A DNA stretch of 64,000 nt from an uncultured delta proteobacterium (GTDB taxonomy: Bacteria > Myxococcota_A > Polyangia > Palsa-1104), in the NCBI GenBank assembly GCA_963785725.1, contig CAWAWS010000015.1, positions 128,001 through 192,000 on the forward strand, written 5' to 3'. Below the pieces are notes generated by a model that had not been told where the DNA came from, made no database searches, and was given only the letters and a program-made list of their open reading frames with translations. Positions 11,136 through 21,127 of the stretch are shown in pieces. Positions within the stretch are counted from its first letter, which is position 1. The number at the start of each line of letters is the position of its first letter. The position numbers and the translations under genes were made by a program.

Positions 11136-11741
11136 TTACGTCAAGATGCCGCGCAGTAAGACTTCGATGACGGCCTCGGCGTAGCGCTCGATGTTATCGG
11201 GCGTGCTCAGGTCGAGGCCGAACGCGCGTCGCGCCGTCTCCGGCTGCGCGAACCCTTCGACGCTGGCGCCGACGATGATGAAGTAGAGCAGCCCGGGATC
11301 GAACGCGCGCACGGTGCCGTCGCGGGTCGCCGCTTCGATCTCGTCGCGAAAGAACTGCACGAGCGGCGACAGCCACTGCTGGTAAATCAGATCGAAGGCC
11401 TCGGAATCGCGGCGACCTTCGGTACGAATCAACCGCGACAAGAGCGGGCGCGTGCCGCTGAAATGCACCAGCGCGCGCAACAGCTCGCGCAGCCGCGCGG
11501 GCCGCGGCACATCGAGCTGGGCGGCGGCGGTCGTCGTCAGCTCGCCCTGCAGCTCGGTGAAGAGCTCGGCCACGACCGCCAGCCACAGCCCCTCCTTCGA
11601 CTTGAAGTGGTGGTGAACCAAAGGCTGCGTGACCTGCGCGCGGCGGGCGATCCCCGCCGTCGTGGCGCCGGCATATCCGAGCTCGGCGAACTCCTGCGCG
11701 GCCGCGTCCAACAGGTGGCGCCGTCCCAGTGACGCCGTCAT
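11136..11741 (-). CDS. TetR-family transcriptional regulator
   Basis: HTH region GYAGATTAGIARRAQVTQPLVHHHFKSKEGL. Confidence 0.9.
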   Translation of the reverse strand: MTASLGRRHLLDAAAQEFAELGYAGATTAGIARRAQVTQPLVHHHFKSKEGLWLAVVAELFTELQGELTTTAAAQLDVPRPARLRELLRALVHFSGTRPLLSRLIRTEGRRDSEAFDLIYQQWLSPLVQFFRDEIEAATRDGTVRAFDPGLLYFIIVGASVEGFAQPETARRAFGLDLSTPDNIERYAEAVIEVLLRGILT

Positions 11742-11860
11742 GTGCGCTCCATCGGCAACACCCTAACTGCAGCGCGGCAAGTCGGCAAAACAATCCGACT
11801 AAAATGACCTGCGACACTTTGCCGCAGGGGGGTGGAGTAGCGCTCGCACTACACTGATCG

Positions 11861-14659
11861 ATGGCGATGCTGAGAGACCTCTTGCGAATCCTCTTGGTGG
11901 GCGCCTTCATCATCGCGGTGGGGGCGCTGCTGTCCGACGAAATGACGTCGTCCATGCTCGCCGCGTCACGGCAGGAGCTCGAGCTGAACGAGATCGTCAC
12001 CCGCGATTCGGAGCGGCTCTTACGCAATATCGTCGACCTGACGACCAGTGTGCGCGGTTATGCGCTGAGCGGCGATGCGCGCTATCTCGATCCTTACGAC
12101 GTGTCCGACGCCGCGTTACCGCTGCTGTTTTCCGATCTTCACCGCGCGCAGGCCTCCGACGTGGTCGGCGATCGCATGGTCAGCCGCATGGAGAAGCTGC
12201 TCGCGGACTGGCAGCGCGGCGTCAGCGATCCCATCGTCGTCAACCGCGCGCGTAGTGACTTTCCCCACGATCCCGCCGCCGGCGAGCGCGTCAACAGCAC
12301 CGCGCAGCAGCTGTTGGCGCAGGAGCGCATCGAGGTCGACCGCTTTCGCGAGCATCAGGCCAACACCAAGCGCCGCGTGCAGGAGCAGCTCGAGCGGCAG
12401 CGCGGCCGGGCGCGCATGCTCATCAGCAGCGTCTTCTTCGTCGCCGGCGCCTTCATCGTCGTCGCCACGCTGCTGTTGAGCCGGCGCATGGGGCGCGGCA
12501 TCACGCGCCTCGTCGAGGTGTCGGAGTCGATCGCCAACGCGCGCTTCGATGTCGAGATTCGCGACGAGCGCGACGATCTGGGCCGGCTGGCACATTCGTT
12601 GCGACTGACCGCGCGTCACCTCGAGCGGCGCACCCGCCAAAGCTCGGCGCTCCTGGCCGCCGGGCGCGCGCTGTCGGCGCCGGAGGCGCAAGGGCACATG
12701 CTGCCGGCGCTGCACGACGCCATTCGCGAGATCGTCGACTTGCAGCAGATGATGCTGCTGCGCATCGACGATGGCCGGCGCAGCATCGTCGACGTTCATC
12801 CGCCGCTGCCGCCGGAGTCGAAGGTGCCGCCGATGGACGAGCCGGGCCCGATCCGCGATAACGGCGCGCTCGCCTACGCCATCGCCACGCGGCGCAGCCT
12901 CATCGTGCGCGACATCCAAGACGACCGCTGGCCCGAGAACGCGGCGGTGCGTCGGCTCGGCGCCAGCTGGTACGTCTTCGTACCACTCGTCGCCAACGGG
13001 CGCGTCGAAGCGGTGCTCGGCGCCAGCGCCAACGACGGCGACGGCAACCACTATCACGGCGACCAGGCCTTCTTCGACCTGCTGGGGCAGCAGATCGCGG
13101 GCGCGCTCACGTCGGCGCGGCTGTATGGCGAGCTGGCCGAGCGCAACCTCGAGCTCGAGCGAGCGGGGCGGGCCAAGAGCGACTTCTTGGCGCTCATGTC
13201 GCACGAGCTGCGCACGCCGCTGAACTCGATTATCGGCTTCTCGCAGGTGCTGATCGACCAAAAGTACGGGCCGTTGACGGAGCGGCAAGCGCGCTATCAG
13301 CAGAACATCTACTCGAGCGGGCGCCATCTGCTGCAGCTCATCAACGACCTGCTCGATCTGTCGAAGATCGAGGCCGGCCGCTTCACCGTCGAGATCAACC
13401 GCTGCTCCTTGGGCGAGCTGGTGCTCGACGCGATGACGACGCTCAAGCCGCTGGCCGACGCCAAGCAGCTCGTCGTGCGCAATGTGACGCCGCCGCCGCC
13501 GGTGCGCGCCGACGCCTTGCGGCTGAAGCAGGTGCTGTACAACGTGCTGTCGAACGCCATCAAGTTCACGCCCGCCGGCGGCGCGATCACGCTCGGCCAC
13601 GAGCTCGTCGATGACGACCGCACGGTGCGCTTCGCCGTCAGCGACACCGGCCCGGGAATCTCCGACGAAGATCAAGAGCGCCTGTTCTTGCCCTTCGTGC
13701 AGGTGGGGACGGCGGCGATGCAAGGGCTGGGCAGCGGGCTCGGCCTCTTGTTGTCGCGTCAGCTCATCGAGCTCATGGGCGGGCAGCTCGGCGTGCGCAG
13801 CACCATCGGTCAAGGCGCGACGTTCTACTTCGATCTGCCGCTGGCGCAGCCGCTGCCGCCGCGCGCGCTGCCCGAGCCGAGCGCGCCGCCGACGGCCGGC
13901 GCGACCACGGCGCCTTTGGCGCTCATCGTCGACGATCAGCTGTCGGCGCGCGAGCTGTTGCAAGAGGAGCTGGAGGCGCTCGGCTATCGCACGCTGTTGG
14001 CCGAAGGCGGCGATGAGGGGCTGCGGCTGGCGCGCGAAAATCGGCCCGACCTCGTCACGCTCGACATTCTCATGCCCGATATCGACGGCTGGGAGGTGCT
14101 GCGCCGGCTGCGCGCCGACGCGAAGTTGGCGACGACGCCGGTGCTCGTCATCAGCGTCACCGACGAGAGCGCGCGGGCGTTGGCGTCGGGCGCGCTCGAT
14201 CTGCTGGTCAAGCCGCTGAAGAAGGGCGGGCTCAACGAAGTGCTCGTGCGCCACCGGCTGGTGCAGCCGAAGATTCGCGTGCTCGCCGTCGACGACGATG
14301 TCGAGCACCTCGACATGCTGCGCCTCGTGCTCGAGCCGCTCGGCTATGCGCTGCGCACCGCCGAGACGGCGGCCGCGGGGCTGAGCGCGGCGCTGAGCGC
14401 GCCCGCCGACGTGCTGCTCCTCGACGTGCAGCTGCCCGATCGCTCGGGCATCGACGTCGTCGCCGATCTGCGTCGCCACGCGGCCTTGCGCCAGCTGCCG
14501 ATCTTGCTGCTCACCGGCTCGGAGCTGTCGGCCGAGGAGCAGGCGCGCCTCAACGGCGAGGTCGTGGCCGAGCTCGGCAAAGGCGGGCTCAGGCCCGACG
14601 AGCTCATTCGGCACATCGAGCGCGCGGTCGCGCGGGCGCGACGAACGCAGGAGACCTAA
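11861..14659 (+). CDS. Membrane hybrid histidine kinase (CHASE3-HAMP-GAF-HK-REC-REC)
   Basis: Two TM segments, SVRGYALSGD, MSHELRTPL, NVLSNAIKF, DTGPGI, two receiver domains. Confidence 0.92.
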   Translation: MAMLRDLLRILLVGAFIIAVGALLSDEMTSSMLAASRQELELNEIVTRDSERLLRNIVDLTTSVRGYALSGDARYLDPYDVSDAALPLLFSDLHRAQASDVVGDRMVSRMEKLLADWQRGVSDPIVVNRARSDFPHDPAAGERVNSTAQQLLAQERIEVDRFREHQANTKRRVQEQLERQRGRARMLISSVFFVAGAFIVVATLLLSRRMGRGITRLVEVSESIANARFDVEIRDERDDLGRLAHSLRLTARHLERRTRQSSALLAAGRALSAPEAQGHMLPALHDAIREIVDLQQMMLLRIDDGRRSIVDVHPPLPPESKVPPMDEPGPIRDNGALAYAIATRRSLIVRDIQDDRWPENAAVRRLGASWYVFVPLVANGRVEAVLGASANDGDGNHYHGDQAFFDLLGQQIAGALTSARLYGELAERNLELERAGRAKSDFLALMSHELRTPLNSIIGFSQVLIDQKYGPLTERQARYQQNIYSSGRHLLQLINDLLDLSKIEAGRFTVEINRCSLGELVLDAMTTLKPLADAKQLVVRNVTPPPPVRADALRLKQVLYNVLSNAIKFTPAGGAITLGHELVDDDRTVRFAVSDTGPGISDEDQERLFLPFVQVGTAAMQGLGSGLGLLLSRQLIELMGGQLGVRSTIGQGATFYFDLPLAQPLPPRALPEPSAPPTAGATTAPLALIVDDQLSARELLQEELEALGYRTLLAEGGDEGLRLARENRPDLVTLDILMPDIDGWEVLRRLRADAKLATTPVLVISVTDESARALASGALDLLVKPLKKGGLNEVLVRHRLVQPKIRVLAVDDDVEHLDMLRLVLEPLGYALRTAETAAAGLSAALSAPADVLLLDVQLPDRSGIDVVADLRRHAALRQLPILLLTGSELSAEEQARLNGEVVAELGKGGLRPDELIRHIERAVARARRTQET

Positions 14660-15747
14660 TGGCCAAGATCCTCATCGTCGACGACGAGCCGGTCAATCGC
14701 GATATTCTGATCGCGTTCCTCGATGAATCGGGCCACGAGCTCATCGAAGCCGGCAACGGCCAAGAGGCGCTCGATCAGGTCGAGCAGCACTCGCCCGATC
14801 TGCTGCTGCTCGACCTCATGATGCCGGAGCTCGACGGCTTCGCGGTCATTCGCCGGCTGCGCGCGCAGGTGACCGAGTATCTGCCGATCGTCCTCGTGAC
14901 CGCGCGCGCCGACCAAGCCTCGCGCGTCGAAGGGCTCGACGTCGGCGCCGACGAGTTCCTGACCAAGCCCGTCGACGCGCGCGAGCTGACCCTGCGCGTC
15001 AGCAACCTGCTCAGGCTGCGGGCGCGCGAGCGCGAGCTGACGAAGCTGCACGTCGAGCAGGTCGAGCTGCACCGCTTCAAGGACGAGATGGCGGCGCTCA
15101 TCGCGCACGATCTGAAGAACCCGGTGGCGGCGGTGATCGCCAACTTGAGCTTCCTCAAGAAAGAAGAGGGGCTGCCCGAGCACGTCTCGGAGGCGCTCGA
15201 AGACGCCAGCATCGCCAGCCAGCGGGTGCTCAGGCTCATTCAGAACCTGCAGGACATCGGGCAGCTCGAGTCCGAGCGCATTCAGATTCGCCGTTCGCCG
15301 ACACAGCTGTCGCAGCTGGCGAACAAAGTGATGGCCGAATATGGGCTGCTGTTGCGCTCGAAGGACATCACGGTGCGGGTGGCGATCGAGCCCGGGCTGC
15401 GCGCGTCGCTCGACGTCGACTTGGTCACGCGGCTCGTGGCCAGCCTGTTCGACAGCGCCGTCCGCGTCACGCCGGCGCACGGGCGCATCGACATCGGCGC
15501 CACGCTCGAGCCGAGCGGCACGGTGCGGCTGACGCTCGGCCACAGCGGTGCGCCGATTCCGCCGGCGGCGCGCCCGCTGCTGTTCGAGAAGTACGCGCAG
15601 TCGGGCGTCAAAGTGGCGCGCACCAGCCTCGGGCTCGGCTTCTACTTCTGCCGCCTCGTCGCCGAGGCGCACGGCGGCAGCATCAGCGCCGACGAAACCG
15701 CCGACCACCCGACCTTGTTCAAGATCGAGCTGGGCGGCGGCGGTTGA
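14659..15747 (+). CDS. REC-HisKA-HATPase hybrid protein
   Basis: N-terminal REC (ILIVDD, DLMMP, KP), H-box AHDLKNP, GLGFYF; start overlaps upstream stop. Confidence 0.88.
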   Translation: MAKILIVDDEPVNRDILIAFLDESGHELIEAGNGQEALDQVEQHSPDLLLLDLMMPELDGFAVIRRLRAQVTEYLPIVLVTARADQASRVEGLDVGADEFLTKPVDARELTLRVSNLLRLRARERELTKLHVEQVELHRFKDEMAALIAHDLKNPVAAVIANLSFLKKEEGLPEHVSEALEDASIASQRVLRLIQNLQDIGQLESERIQIRRSPTQLSQLANKVMAEYGLLLRSKDITVRVAIEPGLRASLDVDLVTRLVASLFDSAVRVTPAHGRIDIGATLEPSGTVRLTLGHSGAPIPPAARPLLFEKYAQSGVKVARTSLGLGFYFCRLVAEAHGGSISADETADHPTLFKIELGGGG

Positions 15748-15829
15748 CCTCGCGAAACGGCCGCTCTCGCACACCTCCGTTCGACTCCCACTGGGCCGCC
15801 GATGGCGCGCGCTTGCCGTCGCTGTCGAC

Positions 15830-15847
15830 TGTCTCGCCGGCGAGACG
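15830..15847. promoter_or_regulatory. Palindrome TGTCTCG-CCGG-CGAGACG, candidate enhancer-binding-protein site (copy 1)
   Basis: Intergenic, about 105 bp upstream of a sigma54-like element; identical arms at 34741. Confidence 0.55.
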
Positions 15848-15952
15848 ACGGCGACCGCGGGCGTAAACGTCGATTTTCCAAGTGCGGTCCCGGTTCCCAC
15901 GGCGCTCGCGCGCAACCCCGCGTCGCCGCGTGGGCGACCGGCTCGACGACGT

Positions 15953-15968
15953 TGGCCTCGCGGCTGCA
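15953..15968 (+). promoter_or_regulatory. Putative sigma54 promoter of the chitinase gene
   Basis: TGGCCTCGCGGCTGCA, GG-N10-GC spacing. Confidence 0.5.
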
Positions 15969-15980
15969 CAATAGGCAGGC

Positions 15981-17357
15981 ATGTCGATTCGCTCCCTCGC
16001 CCGTTGGTCTTGTCTCTTCGTCGCGCTGGCCGCTGGTTGCGGCGGCACGGCCGGTAGCCGCTCGCCGGCCTCGGTGGTCTGCCCCGACGTCGTGCCCGAC
16101 TGGGCGTCCGGCACGTCCTACGTCGCGGGCACGATCGTCCGCTACAACGGGCTCTTCTATCAGTGCATTCAGGGCCACACGGCGCTGTCGAATTGGACGC
16201 CCGATGTCGTCCCGGCGCTGTGGGCGCTCGTCACCTGCTCGAGCGGCGGCGGAACGGCGGGCGGCGGCGGAACGGCCGGTGGCGGCGGAACGGCGGGCGG
16301 CGGCGGAACGGCGGGCGGCGGCGGAACGGCCGGCGGCGGTGGCGGAACGGCGGGCGGCGGCGGAACGGCCGGCGGTGGCGGCACGGCGGGCGGTGGCGGC
16401 ACCGCCGGCGGCGGCGGCTCGGCGGGCGGCGGCGGCAGCGGCCCCTCCAGCGGCGCGCTACCGAAGCACGTCTTGACCGGCTACTGGCAGGACTTCGTCA
16501 ACGGCGCCAAGACGCTGGCGCTCAAAGACGTGCCCACGACCTACAATCTCGTGGCCATCGCCTTCGCCAACGAAGACCCGTCCGCGCCCGGCGGCATCAC
16601 GTTCTCGATCGACCCGCAGCTGGCCACGGCGCTCGGCGGCTATACCGACGCGCAGCTGACGGCCGACGTCGCCACGCTGCACTCGCAAGGCCGCAAGGTC
16701 ATCGTCTCCGTCGGCGGGCAGAACGGCACCATCAGCGTCACCAGCCCGACCGCCGCCACCAACTTCGCCAACAGCGTCTACGCGCATCATGCAGAAGTAC
16801 GGCTTCGACGGCGTCGACATCGACCTCGAGAACGGCATCACCGACATCACCGACATGTCGCATGCGTTGCACAGCCTCGCGTCCAAGGCCGGCGCCGGCT
16901 TCATCATCACGCTCGCGCCGCAGACGATCGACATGCAGACGACCGGCAGCGACTACTTCGCGCTGGCGCTGGCCACAAGGAGATCCTGACGATCGCCAAC
17001 ATGCAGTACTACAACTCCGGCTCGATGAACGGCTGCGACGGCAAGGCGTCTACTCCGAGGGCAGCGTCGACTTCTTGACCGCGCTCGCCTGCATCCAGCT
17101 GCAAGGCGGCCTGCGCCCCGACCAGGTCGGGCTCGGCTTGCCGGCGTCGACGAGCGGCGCCGGCAGCGGCTACGTCGCGCCGTCGGTCGTCAACAACGGC
17201 CTCGACTGCTTGGCCAACGGCACCAACTGCGGCAAGTTCGTGCCTTCGACGAAGTGGCAGCATCCGCGGCGCCATGACCTGGTCGATCAACTGGGATGCG
17301 TCCAACAACTACAGCTTCGCCACCGCCGTACACGGCCACTTCGCGTCGCTGCCTTAG
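15981..17357 (+). CDS. GH18 chitinase with N-terminal CBM5/12-type module; about four frameshifts (probable sequencing errors)
   Basis: Lipoprotein-like signal (LAAGC), CBM (WASGTSYVAGTIVRYNG...WTPDVVPALW), Gly linker, TGYWQDF, SVGG, catalytic FDGVDIDLE (frame 16789), MQYYN, terminal GAMTWSINWD. Confidence 0.9.
16245..16440 (+). repeat. About 10 tandem ~18-bp units encoding a (GGGGTA)n linker
   Basis: Visible in DNA and in the translation. Confidence 0.9.
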
Positions 17358-17467
17358 GCGCTAGCTCGTGAACGCGAGTCGCTTCCTGGTTGGCTTGCTC
17401 GGCGCGCGCGGTATCATGCGTTGATGTTTCGCCGCGTGCCGAACCATCGCAGGTCCGTCGTCTCCAC

Positions 17468-18220
17468 GTGACCGCGCGTCCGCTCCTCATCGCCGTCGTC
17501 GCCGGCTGTGCCGGCTGTTCGTTCGCCATCGACGCCTGGCCGCCGTCGGCCGATCTCGCCGTGCCCATCGACGCGCGCGATCTGGCGCCGCCGCCGCCGC
17601 CCGACGCTTCGCCGCCGCCGCCGCCCGATCTGCAGATGGTCTACGCCGGCACGCTCGTCTTGACCGCGACCAACTTGGTGACGGCGCAAGAGGCGATGCT
17701 GACGCAACTGGGCACGCGCGATTGGGTGCATTGGGGCTACACGACGGCAGCCGACGTCGATCGCAAGCTGACCGGCGGCGCGCAGATCGGCGGCTTCACC
17801 GTCGTCGGCCCCAGCTCGCCGACGCTGTACACCGACAACATCGTCGGCTTCAACTGGACGGACGGCATGCCGCACATGACGTCGGGCGGCGCGCAGACGT
17901 CCGGCCTCTACGTCACGGCGCTCAACAACGGCTTTCGCCTGAGCATCCCCGCCGTCATGACCCAGCGCACGCTGTACTTGTATGTCGGCGGCTATCACTC
18001 GACGGGACGGCTGAGCGCGCTCTTGTCCGACGCCTCGGCGGCGGCCGTCAGCTTCGACGCGATCGGCAACATGAGCGGCAAATACGCCATCCAATTCCGG
18101 CTCGACTTCGCCACGGCGACGAGCGGACAGACGCTCGACCTCACGTGGGTGCAAGAGAGCGGCGACAGCTCGGGCAACGTCACCTTGCAAGCGGCCGCGC
18201 TCGCCGACGCCACGCAGTAG
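17468..18220 (+). CDS. Hypothetical lipoprotein with Pro-rich linker and beta-rich domain
   Basis: Hydrophobic signal ending AGCAGC, PPPP linker, coherent globular C-terminal part; start uncertain. Confidence 0.7.
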   Translation: MTARPLLIAVVAGCAGCSFAIDAWPPSADLAVPIDARDLAPPPPPDASPPPPPDLQMVYAGTLVLTATNLVTAQEAMLTQLGTRDWVHWGYTTAADVDRKLTGGAQIGGFTVVGPSSPTLYTDNIVGFNWTDGMPHMTSGGAQTSGLYVTALNNGFRLSIPAVMTQRTLYLYVGGYHSTGRLSALLSDASAAAVSFDAIGNMSGKYAIQFRLDFATATSGQTLDLTWVQESGDSSGNVTLQAAALADATQ

Positions 18221-18256
18221 CCAGCGCGCGGCCGATTGCCTATGCTCGTCGGCCAC

Positions 18257-19609
18257 ATGACGGCGCGCGAGCTCAACTTCGACGGCCTGGTTGGTCCTTC
18301 GCATCATTACGGCGGCTTGTCGTTCGGCAACGTCGCCTCGGCGCAGCATCAGGGCGACTGGTCCAACCCGCGGCAAGCGGCGCTGCAAGGCCTGGCCAAG
18401 ATGCGCGCGCTGCACGCGCTCGGGCTCGGGCAGGCGCTCATGCCGCCGCACATGCGGCCCGACTTGTCGCTGGCGCGGCGGCTCGGCTTCTCCGGCGACG
18501 ACGCGACCGTGCTGGCGACGCTGGCGCGCGAGCAGCCGACGCTCTTGGCCGCGTCCTACTCGGCGTCGAGCATGTGGACGGCCAACGCGGCCACGGTCTC
18601 GCCCAGCGCCGACAGCGACGACGGCAAAGTGCACTTCACGCCGGCCAATCTGCAGAACAAATTGCACCGCAGCATCGAAGCGCCGACGACCGCGCGCATC
18701 TTGCAGGCGATCTTCGCGGACGAACGCCACTTCGTGCACCACGCGCCCTTGCCGTCGACGGCGGCGCTCGGCGACGAGGGCGCGGCCAACCACACGCGCC
18801 TCGCGCCCGACTATGGCGCGCGCGGCGTGCAGCTCTTCGTCTACGGCGAGAGCGCGACCCAGCGCGGCACGCCGCGGCCCAAGCTCTACCCGGCGCGGCA
18901 GACGCTCGAGAGCTGTCTCGCGCTGGCGCGGCTGCATCGTCTGCCGGCCGAGCGCGTCGTCTTCGCGCAGCAGCATCCCGACACGATCGATCAAGGCGTC
19001 TTTCACAACGACGTCATCTCCGTCGGCAATGGCGGCGTCTTCTTCTTCCACGAAGCGGCGTTTCTCGACAGCGACCGGGTGCTCGACGAGCTGGCGCGCA
19101 AATACGCGGCCACGACCGGCCGGCCGTTGGCGCTGGTGCGCGTGCGCGCCGACGACGTGACCGTCGCCGAGGCGGTGTCGACCTATCTCTTCAACAGCCA
19201 GCTGGTGACGCTGCCCGACGGTCGGACGCTGCTCGTCGCGCCCAAGGACTGCGAGGACAGCCCGCGCGTGCGCGCCTACGTGCAGCGGCTCGTCGACGGC
19301 GAGGCGCCCATCGACGACGTGCGCTACTTCGACCTGCGGCAGAGCATGAACGGCGGCGGCGGTCCGGCCTGCCTGCGCCTGCGCGTCGTGTTGACGGCGG
19401 ATGAAGAGCGCGCGCTGGCGCCGGGTGTGCGGTTTACGCCCGAGCTCGACGGCAAGCTGGTGGCGTGGATCGAGCGGCACTATCGCGATCGTCTGCAGCC
19501 GGGCGACCTGGCCGACCCGCAGCTCATGCACGAAGCCCAGCGGGCGCTCGACGAGCTGACGCAGCTCTTGGGTTTGCCGTCGATCTATCCGTTCCAGCTG
19601 GCGCGCTGA
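18257..19609 (+). CDS. astB: N-succinylarginine dihydrolase
   Basis: [70 protein letters not shown]. Confidence 0.95.
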   Translation: MTARELNFDGLVGPSHHYGGLSFGNVASAQHQGDWSNPRQAALQGLAKMRALHALGLGQALMPPHMRPDLSLARRLGFSGDDATVLATLAREQPTLLAASYSASSMWTANAATVSPSADSDDGKVHFTPANLQNKLHRSIEAPTTARILQAIFADERHFVHHAPLPSTAALGDEGAANHTRLAPDYGARGVQLFVYGESATQRGTPRPKLYPARQTLESCLALARLHRLPAERVVFAQQHPDTIDQGVFHNDVISVGNGGVFFFHEAAFLDSDRVLDELARKYAATTGRPLALVRVRADDVTVAEAVSTYLFNSQLVTLPDGRTLLVAPKDCEDSPRVRAYVQRLVDGEAPIDDVRYFDLRQSMNGGGGPACLRLRVVLTADEERALAPGVRFTPELDGKLVAWIERHYRDRLQPGDLADPQLMHEAQRALDELTQLLGLPSIYPFQLAR

Positions 19610-19684
19610 GCGGTCGCGACGCGCTCGCGTGGCGACGGTCTCGTCGTTGTCGTCGCCGGCGCGGCCCGTCGCCGGCCAGCGCGT

Positions 19685-21127
19685 CTACGGCGTGACGCTC
19701 GACAAGCCCTCGCCGGCCGCGCGCCTCAAGTTCGCCAACGCCAAGTTCGCGTCGAAGATCGCCGACAAATGGCGCAAGCGGAACTCGAAGTAATTGCGCG
19801 CCGCCTCGATCATTTCGCGGCTGTCGGCGGTCAATCCCGTGTTGCTGCTCTGGTCGATGGCGTTGAACCAGCCGCGCGCGACGCGCTCGCCGCGCCCGGT
19901 CTCCTCGGCGCGGCCGCGCGCCTCGTCCCAGTTGGCGTGCGCCTGCGCCAGCTCCGTCGAGTAGCCGGCGATGGCCGCCGTCAGCTGCGCGCGCCGCTGC
20001 AGCTCCTCGTGTCGCGCCTGCAAGTAGCGGCCGCTGCGAATACCGAAGTCGAGCGGCTGATGCAGCTGCAGCCCGAAGTTGGCGTTGAGATACGACGGTC
20101 GCGTCAGATACCAGTTCTGCGGCGTGTCCATGTTCGACGCGTAGCCGTAGCCGAAGTTGCTGGTCATGATGATCTCGGGGAGCATCTCGGAGATGCGCAG
20201 CCGCCGTATCTCGGTCGCGCCTTTGGCGGTGGCGCGCGAGATGCGAATCTCCGGCCGCAAACGCAGCGCGCGCTCTTGCCACGCCGCCAAATCCTCGACT
20301 GGCGCGTCCTGCACGTCGAGCTCGCTGTCGTCGACGCCGGCGTGCTCGTCGGCGGTCAGAATCTGCAGCGCGTGCTCGGCGAAGGCGCGGTTGCGCTTCT
20401 GGTCGAGCAGCAGCACCTCGATGTTCGCCAGCGCGATCTTGAGCCGCGCCAAGTCGCCTTCGGTGTAGTGCGACGGATTGGCGCCGTTCATCTGCTCGTC
20501 GATGCGATCGAGCCACTCCTTGAGCTTGTCGCGCGCCTCGGTCAAGGTCGACACCGCCGCCACCGCGCTCTTGACGCCCCAGTAGGCCCGCGCCGCGTTC
20601 AAGATGACGTCGGCCTCTTCCTTGGCCAGCTGCGCCTGCGCGACCTCGACCTGCGCCTGCGCGTTGCCGATGTTGAACTCGATGCGGCCGAACGAAAACA
20701 GCGGCTGGTTCAGCTGAATCTGCAGGTTCAGCTGGATGCCGTGGATCGGCGCCACGTCGGCCAGGCTCGGCGGCGCGCTGGTGCCCGACGTCTTCAAGTC
20801 GACGATGTTGGTGCGCACGCAGTCTTGCTCGCGCACGGCCTTGGACGCATTCGGAACGTCGGGCACGCTGGGATCGGTCGGCGGCGGGCCGAGGCAGCGA
20901 ATCTTGGGCGTGCCCGCCAGCGACAGCGTCAGATCGCCGGTCGGCAGCCACATCCGCCGCGCCTGACCGAGCTGCGCGCGCGCCACCTCCACGCCTTCGC
21001 GCGCGGCCACGAGCCCGGGATAATCGCTGCGCACGCGCGCCACCAGATCGCCGAGCGAGTAGGGCTTCGCCGCCGCCGGCGACGACGCCAGCGCCAGCAC
21101 GATCATGACGAACAGGAGCCGCTTCAT
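19685..21127 (-). CDS. TolC-family outer membrane protein (paralog 2)
   Basis: Signal peptide MKRLLFV, QPLFSFGRI, RAYW, RPEI, long helical segments. Confidence 0.8.
   Translation of the reverse strand: MKRLLFVMIVLALASSPAAAKPYSLGDLVARVRSDYPGLVAAREGVEVARAQLGQARRMWLPTGDLTLSLAGTPKIRCLGPPPTDPSVPDVPNASKAVREQDCVRTNIVDLKTSGTSAPPSLADVAPIHGIQLNLQIQLNQPLFSFGRIEFNIGNAQAQVEVAQAQLAKEEADVILNAARAYWGVKSAVAAVSTLTEARDKLKEWLDRIDEQMNGANPSHYTEGDLARLKIALANIEVLLLDQKRNRAFAEHALQILTADEHAGVDDSELDVQDAPVEDLAAWQERALRLRPEIRISRATAKGATEIRRLRISEMLPEIIMTSNFGYGYASNMDTPQNWYLTRPSYLNANFGLQLHQPLDFGIRSGRYLQARHEELQRRAQLTAAIAGYSTELAQAHANWDEARGRAEETGRGERVARGWFNAIDQSSNTGLTADSREMIEAARNYFEFRLRHLSAIFDANLALANLRRAAGEGLSSVTP

Noticed and set aside
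16245..16440. Possible CRISPR or non-coding tandem array
   Set aside because: No spacers; in-frame Gly-Thr-Ala linker with synonymous variation
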